Assembly (NCBI RefSeq): GCF_000018105.1
Contig: NC_009925.1
Span: 4,800,001-4,832,000, forward strand
Reading direction: 5' to 3'
Origin: Acaryochloris marina MBIC11017
GTDB lineage: Bacteria; Cyanobacteriota; Cyanobacteriia; Thermosynechococcales; Thermosynechococcaceae
DNA: 32,000 nucleotides
Of this stretch, positions 9,765-18,075 are shown piece after piece (the stretch's first letter is position 1; the number at the start of each line of letters is the position of its first letter). The translations under genes were made by a program, and so were the position numbers. A model generated the notes under the pieces. That model searched no databases. It was given only the letters and a program-made list of their open reading frames with translations, and was not told the DNA's origin.

Positions 9765-10697
9765 ATGTCCACAACAGCCATCACTATCTTGGGCACAGGG
9801 GTGTGGGGGTCTGCCTTAGGAACCCTAGCTCAAGCCAATCACCATACAGTGACGGCTTGGTCCCGCCGAGGACCGTTAACTTTGACCCAGAGCCTTGCCC
9901 AAGCCCAGGTGCTGGTGGTTGCCATCTCCATGAAGGGCATTCCTGACCTTGCAGCCCAACTGCAACAACTCAAGCTACCGACCTCAACCATTATCGTCAG
10001 TGCGACAAAAGGGTTAGATCCGGCGACCCTCCGCACACCTTCCCAAATTTGGCAGGCCACTTTCCCCAACAACCCTGTTTTGGTTCTTTCGGGTCCCAAT
10101 TTATCGAAAGAGATTGAGCAAAGGTTACCTGCTGCAACAGTGGTTGCAGGTCCTAATCAGGCTGCCGTAGAAACGGTGCAACAGCTGTTTTCCTCTGACT
10201 GTTTTCGGGTCTATACCAACCCTGACCAGCTGGGGACTGAATTGGGGGGGACCCTGAAGAACGTGATTGCGATCTCAGTCGGGGTTTGCGAAGGTCTTAA
10301 ACTCGGCACCAATGCCCGTGCCGCCCTGATTACCCGAGCGCTGCCAGAGATGATTCGAGTCGGCACCCATCTGGGCGGACAAGCCGAAACCTTTTTTGGG
10401 CTATCCGGCTTAGGAGATTTGTTAGCCACCTGTACCAGTCCCCTCAGCCGTAACTATCAAGTGGGATATCAACTGGCTCAAGGCAAATCTCTACCTGAAA
10501 TTTTGGATCAACTTCATGGCACCGCAGAAGGGGTGAATACCACCAATGTGCTGGTCGATTTGGCCAATCGAGAAGGCATCCCCATTCCCATTGCCCGCCA
10601 AGTTCATCGACTTTTGAAGGGACGAATTACCCCCCAGGAAGCTTTAGAAAGTTTGATGGATCGAGAATTAAAGCCGGAAGCTTGCGATTTGCTTTAG
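9765..10697 (+). CDS. gpsA: NAD(P)H-dependent glycerol-3-phosphate dehydrogenase
   Basis: 310 aa. N-terminal Rossmann motif ILGTGVWGSALG, plus GTLKNVIAI, GLSGLGDL and SRNY motifs characteristic of GpsA. Confidence 0.9.
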   Translation: MSTTAITILGTGVWGSALGTLAQANHHTVTAWSRRGPLTLTQSLAQAQVLVVAISMKGIPDLAAQLQQLKLPTSTIIVSATKGLDPATLRTPSQIWQATFPNNPVLVLSGPNLSKEIEQRLPAATVVAGPNQAAVETVQQLFSSDCFRVYTNPDQLGTELGGTLKNVIAISVGVCEGLKLGTNARAALITRALPEMIRVGTHLGGQAETFFGLSGLGDLLATCTSPLSRNYQVGYQLAQGKSLPEILDQLHGTAEGVNTTNVLVDLANREGIPIPIARQVHRLLKGRITPQEALESLMDRELKPEACDLL

Positions 10698-10963
10698 TGT
10701 GGCCCCAATCTATCCATTTCTTAGTATTGGCATCCCTTTAGGAGACTTACTGGATATAGGTTAGAGACTGTTGCAACTCCGTTGGACTCATAAAAAGCAT
10801 CAACGTTGAAGTCAATATTCACTAGTGGATTAAAGAACGCTCTTATCCAGAAAGCTCAATATCTTCGGGTGACTATACCTTGCCTGCAGAATCCCGCTAG
10901 ACTGTGAAGCAGACCTTCCCATGATCTAGAGGTAGTACAGTTGCCTGTCAAACGAACATCCCC

Positions 10964-12121
10964 ATGCAAATCTACTTAGATTACAGTGCAACCACTCCTT
11001 GTCACCCAGACGTGATTATCGCCATGGGTAAAGTTTGGACAGAACAATGGGGCAATCCGTCTAGTTTGCATGAGTGGGGACAACGGTCTGCCACCGTTTT
11101 AGAGCAGGCACGCATGCAGATTGCAGACTTGATTCATGCTCCCGCTGAGTCGATTATTTTTACGTCGGGTGGGACTGAAGCCAATAACTTAGCGTTAATG
11201 GGGATTGCTCGAACCTTTACCCAACCCCAGCATTTAATCATCTCTAGTATTGAGCACTCTGCGATTACTGAACCAGCTCGCCTGTTAGAGCAACAGGGAT
11301 GGCAAGTCACTCGTTTGCCCGTAGATTCCCAAGGTCATATCTCACCAGATGCTCTGAATGACTCAATTCAAAACAACACTGTTTTAGTCTCAGTGATTTA
11401 TGGTCAGAGCGAGATTGGTACTCTACAATCGATCCACACTTTAGGGCAAATCGCGCGCGATCGAGGCGTGCTCTTTCATTCCGATGCGGTGCAGGTAGCG
11501 GGTCGTCTCCCCATTGATGTGCAAACCTTGCCCGTGGATTTACTCTCCCTCTCTAGCCATAAACTCTATGGTCCCCAAGGAGCAGGCGCTTTATATGTGC
11601 GTCCTGGGACTCACCTGATTCCCCTATTGGCAGGGGGCGGACAGGAACAAGGTATGCGTTCAGGGACACCCGCTGTACCCATTATTGCTGGGTTTGGTTT
11701 GGCGGCTGAGATGGCGGCGGAAGAGATGGAGGCAGAGGGGGTGCGACTGATGCAGCTGCGCGATCGCATGTTTGCTCAACTCAGCCACTCTCCCTACCTA
11801 CTGCCAACGGGAGATCTGAGCCAGCGATTACCCCATCACGTCAGCTTTTGCCTCCCTCCTACCACGGAGATAACAGGTAAGACCTTAGTCCGACAGATGA
11901 ATTTGGCAGGCATTGCCATTAGTGCCGGGTCGGCGTGCCATAGCGGTAAGCTATCCCCCAGCCCTATTTTGAAAGCCATGGGATACTCAGATCAACAAGC
12001 GTTATCCGGTATTCGCTTGACCCTAGGTAAGCAAACAACTCTCGAAGATATCGATTGGACCATTACAGCCTTAAATCAACTATTGCATCGACTAATGCCT
12101 CAATCGGCGGCAATTGTCTAA
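10964..12121 (+). CDS. cysteine desulfurase (NifS/IscS-like, PLP-dependent)
   Basis: 385 aa. PLP-lysine context SSHKLYGP, active-site Cys context SAGSACHSG, and N-terminal YLDYSATTP. Confidence 0.85.
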   Translation: MQIYLDYSATTPCHPDVIIAMGKVWTEQWGNPSSLHEWGQRSATVLEQARMQIADLIHAPAESIIFTSGGTEANNLALMGIARTFTQPQHLIISSIEHSAITEPARLLEQQGWQVTRLPVDSQGHISPDALNDSIQNNTVLVSVIYGQSEIGTLQSIHTLGQIARDRGVLFHSDAVQVAGRLPIDVQTLPVDLLSLSSHKLYGPQGAGALYVRPGTHLIPLLAGGGQEQGMRSGTPAVPIIAGFGLAAEMAAEEMEAEGVRLMQLRDRMFAQLSHSPYLLPTGDLSQRLPHHVSFCLPPTTEITGKTLVRQMNLAGIAISAGSACHSGKLSPSPILKAMGYSDQQALSGIRLTLGKQTTLEDIDWTITALNQLLHRLMPQSAAIV

Positions 12122-12419
12122 ACCCCGTCGGATCTTAAGGCGATACGCTCACAGGCCGTTCGGACTGCATTAACTGCATGGCATTGAGTTGAGCATGGGC
12201 TAAGAATCCTAAACTGACCATGGCGCTGATATACAGGCCAATGGCCAAACTAGTCTTAGAGCAAAGTCGGGATGTGAAAGAATCCATGATCGTTTCTGAG
12301 GTAGCGACGGAGTGATGATGTAGTGAGATTCCCTTAGCATGCCAAGACTTAAGCTACTTTTGAAGTCTTTGCGATTAATCGTTATAAAACCAGCCCTAAG
12401 AGAAGAATAAAGTTAATGC

Positions 12420-12926
12420 TTACCCTAGTAAAGCTCTGTGATGCTGGCGACGTTCAGCATCGGGATCGGGGATGGATGGAATAGCCTGAATGTCCTGAAT
12501 ATAGGCTGCTGGCAGGCTTAAATTCAAGGCGCCTTGGACAATGTAGGCTTTGTACCAATGAAACGGACGCAAAGTTTGGTCTATCAGCAGAGCCAAGTAG
12601 GTAAACGCTTCAAGGCACCCCTCAGTGGTCAAAATACTGAGACATTGGCGTTCATAGCCTACCCCCAAGCTTTCAGCTTGGTCCAAGTAGTGAAGCTCAG
12701 ATAAGTCCATCTGAAAAACGGCTCCCCAAACGATATCGTCTGGTTGACCAGTGGCTTGAATATTCGCTTTACCGGATTGATCTAAACCCACCTTATGGAA
12801 CTGAAATTGATACCCCTGGAGGTGGCCCAGGGTGATGAAGCGAGCGGACGGGACGCGCGCTAGTAAGCGGGACTGATACAAATTAGAGCCGTAGGCAAAG
12901 TAATAGTCCGGATGATTCGTGACCAT
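12420..12926 (-). CDS. gamma-glutamylcyclotransferase (AIG2/GGCT-like) family protein
   Basis: 168 aa. Hallmark N-terminal YFAYGSNL motif. Its start shares nt 12926 with the stop of the upstream GGDEF gene. Confidence 0.7.
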   Translation of the reverse strand: MVTNHPDYYFAYGSNLYQSRLLARVPSARFITLGHLQGYQFQFHKVGLDQSGKANIQATGQPDDIVWGAVFQMDLSELHYLDQAESLGVGYERQCLSILTTEGCLEAFTYLALLIDQTLRPFHWYKAYIVQGALNLSLPAAYIQDIQAIPSIPDPDAERRQHHRALLG

Positions 12927-14503
12927 TATTTTGGCGATTTCATGGTTCCCTGGGTTTGATCGGTTAGGGACCGGGGATGGTCTCGGCGATCGCGATAGGT
13001 TTGCTTGTCCTGGTACATAGATTGATCAGCACAATGCATCAGTTCTGATAGGGTACAGCCGTCCTGGGGATGGCTGGCAACACCAATACTAGCGGTTATT
13101 TTGAGGGTGATATTCTCAAGTTTTAGGGGCTGTCGCAACCGGAGTAAGAGCCGTTCCCGGGTGGCATGGGCTGCATTTTGATTCACCTTAAACAACAAGG
13201 CTACAAATTCATCCCCGCCAATACGGGCGACAATGTCCCCCTGACGCACGCAGGTTTTTAAGCACTTCGCCACATAAATGAGTACTGCATCTCCGATCTG
13301 ATGGCCATAGGTATCATTAATCGGCTTAAAGTCATTTAAATCTACGTATAACAAGGCCACTGGCCACAGTCCTTTGCCCGCGCTACTCAGGGACAATTGG
13401 CCTGAGATTTCCAATTGGCGACGATTACACAGCCCCGTCAGACTATCAAAGTAGGCAAAATGCTTGAGCTGCGCTTGTTTTTGGCGTTCAACGGTAACAT
13501 CGCGAATAATGACCAAAGATCCTACTAGACGATGACCTGGGCTGTGCAACGTCCGGATTTTGACTTCTTTAAGGAGGGTTTGGGAAAATTGAAATAGCTT
13601 GACCGTTTCAGTGATTTCTTGGGTCAGGGGCGTTGTCAGCAAATGCTGATAGGCGGGAAAGCTGACGTGAAACGGTTGCCCCAAAATATTGTCAAACAGG
13701 CTTTCGCGATAAGCACTGGGATTGAGATCGACAATATGATTTTGAGTATCCAGAAATATCACCGCATCTTCTGTGTTGAGAAATACGGTGCGGTAGGAAA
13801 TGGGGGAGACTTCAAATAGTTTGCCGCGAAACAGTCCCACTACCATGATCAAACCGCTGACCGCAAAGCTAATCGGGGTCAGGTCTAACCCGTAGAAATG
13901 AACCCTTGCTAACAGATACAACAGGCTAGAAAAGAAGGGAATGATCGACGCAGACAGCAATACCAAAATCTGTTGTCGATAGATTTGGGAGCTGGCGAAA
14001 TAAGCGTTGAGGAGTACGCCGACGCCCCCTAGCAGCAGCAAGTAGTTGTAGGGCATCATCACATAGCTAAACCACCAGCCATGATCAATCATCAATTGAG
14101 GCGCAGGGGTATGCCCCAATTCCACAGATGCCCAAATCAGACCATGCCAAGGATCTGTAAAGGCAAAGATCATGCTCAGTAGGGGCAACACCATCATCCC
14201 TCTCGTTCTCTGGGTGTTCAGACGAGAATCGTTATGGGTGTATTGCAGGGTAAAGACAAGCCAAAAGACGGCGAAAAACGGAATGCCGAGGTATTGCAGT
14301 TTGCCAAAAACGATGCGGGGAGTGGCTTCAGTGCTGAGATATTCTAAGACCGCGAAAAAGCACCAAATAAAGAGGCAAAGAATACACCTAAAAAAGGATT
14401 TTGCCCCTGTAACGGACCGCCGTTGCCATACATAGATAGCAATACTGCCTGTAGCAAAAGCTGCGATCGCAGGTAGAAGCGCTAGGAGGTAGTGAATCAG
14501 CAT
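12926..14503 (-). CDS. diguanylate cyclase with N-terminal 7TM sensor domain and PAS-like region
   Basis: 525 aa. About seven N-terminal TM helices, a central PAS-like segment, and a C-terminal GGDEF domain (RIGGDEFVALL, with LTGLCNRR upstream). Confidence 0.85.
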   Translation of the reverse strand: MLIHYLLALLPAIAAFATGSIAIYVWQRRSVTGAKSFFRCILCLFIWCFFAVLEYLSTEATPRIVFGKLQYLGIPFFAVFWLVFTLQYTHNDSRLNTQRTRGMMVLPLLSMIFAFTDPWHGLIWASVELGHTPAPQLMIDHGWWFSYVMMPYNYLLLLGGVGVLLNAYFASSQIYRQQILVLLSASIIPFFSSLLYLLARVHFYGLDLTPISFAVSGLIMVVGLFRGKLFEVSPISYRTVFLNTEDAVIFLDTQNHIVDLNPSAYRESLFDNILGQPFHVSFPAYQHLLTTPLTQEITETVKLFQFSQTLLKEVKIRTLHSPGHRLVGSLVIIRDVTVERQKQAQLKHFAYFDSLTGLCNRRQLEISGQLSLSSAGKGLWPVALLYVDLNDFKPINDTYGHQIGDAVLIYVAKCLKTCVRQGDIVARIGGDEFVALLFKVNQNAAHATRERLLLRLRQPLKLENITLKITASIGVASHPQDGCTLSELMHCADQSMYQDKQTYRDRRDHPRSLTDQTQGTMKSPK

Positions 14504-14710
14504 GGTCGGTCTTGAATTAGCACCATCGTAGCCTATTCCACATCCCTCACTGGTGATCGGAAGTGAATTCTCTTGCGTGGGTGGTTTGCTTTACTGGAAA
14601 AACATGGTGCTATCGGTAGCAGATCGCAATTCAGAAGAAGAGGTTGGATTGGCTTGCAGAAAGTTAGTCAATTTGTGTTAGCCTAAATTGTGCTGAATAT
14701 CCAGCGCTAT

Positions 14711-14781
14711 GCGGGTGTAGTTTAGTGGTAAAACCTTAGCCTTCCAAGCTAATGATGGGGGTTCGATTCCCCCCACCCGCT
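14711..14781 (+). tRNA. tRNA-Gly (anticodon UCC)
   Basis: Manual cloverleaf. Acceptor GCGGGTG/CACCCGC, D-arm GTTT-AGTGGTA-AAAC, anticodon arm TTAGC-CTTCCAA-GCTAA (anticodon TCC), variable loop TGAT, T-arm GGGGG-TTCGATT-CCCCC, discriminator T. CCA is not encoded. Confidence 0.9.
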
Positions 14782-14794
14782 TTGCTTTGTATTA

Positions 14795-15038
14795 TGTACA
14801 TTGCACAGCTATTTGTCCGTTTTGCACAGTTAGTGTCCAAAATCGACAAGAAAATATTGGCAGAATTTAGGGAACAGTAATTTTGAGCAACAGGCTGTAA
14901 TCCTTATCCCTAGCCATTAACTGACTAAATTAAACTAATCAAGAGTGGACTCTGATTAGTTTAATATGCAGTACAATTCACATCTTGAGTAAAGAAAAAA
15001 CTACTTATTTGCTCGTTTTGCACAGTTAGTGTCCAAAA
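14795..15038 (+). repeat. array-proximal transposon end: terminal TGTACA plus three TnsB-site-like repeats
   Basis: TGTACA (14795-14800) is followed by TTGCACAGCTATTTGTCC (14801-14818) and TTGCACAGTTAGTGTCC (14822-14838). The 25-mer CGTTTTGCACAGTTAGTGTCCAAAA occurs identically at 14818-14842 and 15014-15038. The layout parallels the TGTACA + GTGACA... ends of ShCAST, as recalled from memory. Confidence 0.7.
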
Positions 15039-15058
15039 GCACCCACACAAAGCCCTCA

Positions 15059-15130
15059 GCATATCAAGAGCTGTTGTTGGAAGGCTAAGGTTTCTTTCAT
15101 CGCTCTAGACTCTCGCAATTATTCTAGGGC
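15059..15130 (-). ncRNA. delocalized short homing crRNA (diverged repeat + tRNA-Gly-matching guide)
   Basis: On the minus strand, a repeat-like segment ends GATGAAAG (rc of 15094-15130; array repeats end GTTGAAAG). It is followed directly by AAACCTTAGCCTTCCAA (rc of 15077-15093), which is identical to tRNA-Gly positions 14731-14747. Confidence 0.65.
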
Positions 15131-15173
15131 TATTCTGAGTGGGAAACACTAGAACAGGGAAGTATGCCTAAGC

Positions 15174-15426
15174 CTTTCAACTCCCAACACCCTCAAAAGG
15201 ACGTTGCGACGGAACTCAACGTCATGCTCTGCAATCATTTCAGTTCTTTCAACCCCCAACACCCTCAAAAGGACGTTGCGACACTTTACCTGGAAGCGGC
15301 TTGAGGTCAGTCGCGAACTTTCAACCCCCAACACCCTCAAAAGAACGTTGCGACCTCAATTGGAAATTAGAGGAGCAAACGCAATGCATCTTTCAACCCC
15401 CAACACCCTCAAAAGGACGTTGCGAC
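15174..15426 (-). CRISPR. CRISPR array, 4 repeats of 37 nt and 3 spacers of 35 nt (type V-K-like repeat)
   Basis: Repeats lie at 15174-15210, 15246-15282, 15318-15354 and 15390-15426, with + strand sequence CTTTCAACCCCCAACACCCTCAAAAGGACGTTGCGAC. The minus-strand form is GTCGCAACGTCCTTTTGAGGGTGTTGGGGGTTGAAAG. Repeats 1 and 3 each carry one mismatch. Spacers lie at 15211-15245, 15283-15317 and 15355-15389. Orientation is inferred from the GTTGAAAG 3' handle and the mutated repeat distal to cas12k. Confidence 0.9.
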
Positions 15427-15599
15427 AGTACCCAGCTAGAACCAAGTCACCAAATAGGTTTCAAGGAGTGAAATCGCAAACCTCTTGAATGAGATGGAAA
15501 TTAATGAATATACAGATCCTGGAGGCTAGCTCCAAAAGCCTGTAACTCATACTCGTCAATACTCCTAGGAATTGCGCGGACCTCTTGAATGGTTAGTGA

Positions 15600-15880
15600 C
15601 CTACAAAAGCGCAGAGAGTCTAGGGCTCCCCCCGATTAGGTATTAACAACACCCTCCCATAGACAAGGAAGGCATGGTTAATTTCCTCCTGAGGGGCATT
15701 TTAGAGCTGCCACGATACGTATGCCTGTATCTTTGAAATAGGTAATGAAACCAATCTCAAAAACATTGCTTTCTGCAACAGGTGCGACCATGCTGCCCAG
15801 TTCTTGAAAAGAACTCAAAAGCAGACAACTACAGGGACTGGAAAGTAGTTAAACTGGCCCATAATTTTCACGGTATTCGG
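15600..15880 (-). ncRNA. putative Cas12k tracrRNA region
   Basis: Noncoding gap between the cas12k remnant and the array. The minus strand contains ACUUUCCAGUCCCUGUAGUUGUCUGC, which resembles the CUUUCUGACCCUGGUAGCUGCU segment of the ShCAST tracrRNA as I recall it; CUUUC can pair with the GAAAG end of the repeat. It also contains AAUCGGGGGGAGCCCUAG near the 3' side. Boundaries are approximate. Confidence 0.4.
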
Positions 15881-15957
15881 CTTTACAGCCTACTATCCAT
15901 GCGCTGTCGTTAATTTTACTCTCCTAATCAGGAGTAAAATAACCACTTCGCAAATCT

Positions 15958-16833
15958 TCAGGAACTAGGGGCCTCATACTGAAGATGAGCATAAGCAATT
16001 TCTACAGATTGTTCAAAGGGACCAGCATTTTTATAGAATTTCAAGATGTTCACCTTCATCTCTCGCCTCTCAGCACAGTCTGCGATGCATTGAATTAAAC
16101 GGGTATAGCTCCAACGTGGATATCTCAGGCGAATGGCTTTTGCATACCGTTTCTGGAGCTGTTTATTGTTGGGGAACTTGAGCTGAGCCAGAGACTGAAC
16201 TCTGGCTTCAATGTGATCTTGAATGCCATGGGGAGATGGAAGGACGATGTCTCCAACTTGATGAGTTTGAGCCCATTGAATCAAATGATACGCAATAAGC
16301 TGGTCGCATTTTTTTCCAAGATTTTCTAGTCTCTTTGAACGGCGTAGCCTTCCTTTGGAGAATTCTTTCTTTTTAATCTTGCGCCAATAAACTCTTTGGC
16401 GATGTACACGGCCTATCAAATAGGCGAATTGACTTCTCTTAAAAGGTTTTAGCTTATCTTGATAGCCCTCCAATTTGAGTAGTTGAGGAGCCGTGATGGT
16501 TGCAACCAGCTTGCGGGTCTGATTATTTACGATTGAAGCTTGAAGTGGGAGCCCACAATAAAGGCTAACACCCATAGTTAATTCAGGGTTTCCAATGCAA
16601 GGAGAAACATGGGGCCTTCTGAGAGAAGCGTTCTGAAGACGATTAATGGATGATTGAGTCCGCTTTAGGTATGTTTTTTGCGTTTCCTTGAGTGTATTGA
16701 GCGATTTTCCCTCAAAAGATCGCAACTTCCCATTCTCCTCTTCGATTTTTTCAGCGCGGACCTCTGCAGTTCCTTCGTCAGAGAGCAGTCGTTCATCAAT
16801 GGTGCCGTGAAAATACAGTCGATGAGTTACCCA
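15958..16833 (-). pseudogene. cas12k: cas12k remnant (C-terminal ~290 codons only, no in-frame start)
   Basis: The translation VTHRLYFHGTIDERLLSDEGTAEVRAEK...GDIVLPSPHGIQDHIEARVQSLAQLKFP...RYAKAIRLRYPRWSYTRLIQCIADCAE aligns by eye with the C-terminal RuvC-like region of ShCas12k. The matching ShCas12k segments are HHLTLYCCVDNRLWTEEG..., GSIVLPKLGDMRE...QKYAKQYRVNVHRWSYGRLIQSIQ. The reading frame is open upstream of the tracked TTG at 16725 but has no ATG, GTG or TTG start. It abuts hsdR-derived sequence. Confidence 0.75.
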
Positions 16834-17368
16834 GGGTTTCTTTGGGGTCGCGGTCCTGGCAGTATTGCTTTTTAGCGTGGTAGACGGTCTGGCCAGACCA
16901 GGGGTTCTTTAGCTCCATGGTGGCCAGGGCGATACCGTTGACGAACAGCACCATATCGAGGGACAGGCCCGGATCGCTTTCGGAGTAGTGGACTTGGCGA
17001 GTGACAGAAAAGATATTGCGCTCGAAATTTTCGCGGATGGCAGGGTTGGCGTCGTTGTAGGGGAGACTGTAGAGCAGGGTAAAGTCGGCATCGTTGATGG
17101 AAATGCCTTTTTTGAGCACGGCCAGGACACCGTCTTTTTTTGCCTTGCGGTGAAAGCGTTCGAGGATGAGGCGTTGCCAGTTGGGCTGGTCCTGGACTTT
17201 GGCGAGTTCGTTGGGCTGGGTAGTCTCTAGAAAGCGCCAGAATTTTTCTGTATCGATGGCAAATTCGCGGTCAAAGTCAGCCGGTGATCCTTTTTCGTAG
17301 CCTGCCCCCTGTACTAGTGCGTTTTCGATGCAGTTTTCTAGGGCTTTCTCATTGGTTTGGCTGACCAT
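16796..17368 (-). pseudogene. hsdR: type I restriction enzyme R subunit, N-terminal fragment (~175 of ~1000 codons)
   Basis: N-terminal HsdR nuclease-domain pattern (MVSQTNEKALENCIENAL..., LDMVLFVNGIALATMELKNPWSGQTVYHAKKQYCQDRDPKETL). Unrelated residues and a stop then follow. The helicase domains are absent. Confidence 0.8.
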
Positions 17369-17378
17369 GAATTGTTTC

Positions 17379-17714
17379 TCACTCTTCTAGGGCTTCGGTT
17401 ACGGCAGTTTGAATCTCGTTGATTCTGACATCAGCTTGGTCTGATTTAGCGTAGACCAGCAATAGGAGCACGTCTTCAGGTGATATCACTTGGTAAATGA
17501 TTCGATATCCGCCACTTTTGCCGGTGGGAATATCGCTGTTCTTGGCACGAACTTTGAAGACAGTAGCTGTGGTTCCGGGAATTTGGTCACCGATGAAGTT
17601 ACCTTGCTCTAACTGTTGAATAACGGGCTGGAGGTCGGATTGAATTTGGCGGTAGCGCTTTTTGAGGCTTTTGAGACGACGCTTAAATCTAGGGGTAAAG
17701 CGAACGGAGATCAT
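17379..17714 (-). CDS. RelE/ParE-superfamily (HigB/Gp49-like) type II toxin
   Basis: 111 aa. Motifs FKVRAKNSDIPTGKSGGYRIIYQV and LLLVYAKSDQ are typical of this toxin family. It has a 4-bp ATGA overlap with the upstream small gene. Confidence 0.7.
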   Translation of the reverse strand: MISVRFTPRFKRRLKSLKKRYRQIQSDLQPVIQQLEQGNFIGDQIPGTTATVFKVRAKNSDIPTGKSGGYRIIYQVISPEDVLLLLVYAKSDQADVRINEIQTAVTEALEE

Positions 17715-17971
17715 GGTTCGTCTGCTAGATCATCCCAGAGCTGAGAAGCTGGGAAGGTTTGCCTAGCCGCGGCTTCTTGAAGAGAGATTTTAAGATCGGC
17801 TAGGAGCTGGGCGTTGGATTCGTGCTCATCGACCCAGGCTAAACCGCTAGCAGGATCTTTCAGGGTGCTGATCACTTGCTGCCACAGGGCGAGGGGAACT
17901 AGAACATCGGTGGGTTCTCCAGCAGCATTGGTCACGTATCGGACTTGGCCCTCAAGGGATGAATTCACCAC
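17711..17971 (-). CDS. putative cognate antitoxin
   Basis: 86-aa acidic protein immediately upstream of the toxin and translationally coupled to it. The call rests on position and size only. Confidence 0.5.
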   Translation of the reverse strand: MVNSSLEGQVRYVTNAAGEPTDVLVPLALWQQVISTLKDPASGLAWVDEHESNAQLLADLKISLQEAAARQTFPASQLWDDLADEP

Positions 17972-18075
17972 GGTTAGGGATCTCCTGCTTGTGTCTCTCT
18001 ATTTTAGTCGGGGCTATCCCTACGTTTTTATATTTTCTGTTCTTACACTGAGTTAGCTATCGGTTGGGCCTTGAG

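Noticed and set aside
12135-12287. 50-aa minus-strand ORF (MDSFTSRLCSKTSLAIGLYISAMVSLGFLAHAQLNAM...) in the nifS-GGCT intergenic gap
   Set aside because: It could be a small membrane protein. It has no clear RBS and no conservation evidence is available, and it is below the level I can support.
14790-14794. Expected 5-bp target-site duplication flanking the CAST remnant
   Set aside because: The flanks TATTA (14790-14794) and AATTT (23909-13) do not match. TGTAC occurs at both junctions and could be read as a duplication. However, TGTACA is the conserved terminal sequence of V-K elements, so I do not claim a TSD. The right flank may belong to an older element.
15149-15488. ORFs 15149..15340 (-) and 15204..15488 (+) listed in the six-frame track
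   Set aside because: They run through the CRISPR array. Their periodic peptides (LSTPNTLKRTLR repeated, VLLRVLGVE repeated) are translations of the repeats, so they are not genes.
15459-15500. Possible fifth, degenerate CRISPR repeat starting TTTCAAGGAGTG 35 nt after repeat 4
   Set aside because: Only the first 6 nt (TTTCAA) match the repeat and the rest is unrelated. On the minus strand this region is upstream of the first repeat, so it is more likely leader sequence.
15574-15585. 12-mer GCGCGGACCTCT repeated at 15574-15585 and 16754-16765 as a possible recombination signature
   Set aside because: A few exact 12-mer coincidences are expected by chance in a 32-kb window. The copies do not sit at the inferred deletion junction near 16832.
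15647-15656. CAACACCCTC inside the tracr-like region as an anti-repeat
   Set aside because: It has the same sense as the + strand repeat, so a minus-strand tracrRNA would carry the same sequence as the crRNA and not its complement. It is reported only as an unresolved oddity.
16678-16875. + strand ORF spanning the hsdR/cas12k junction
   Set aside because: It lies antisense to two recognisable gene remnants and has no motifs or RBS. Considered spurious.
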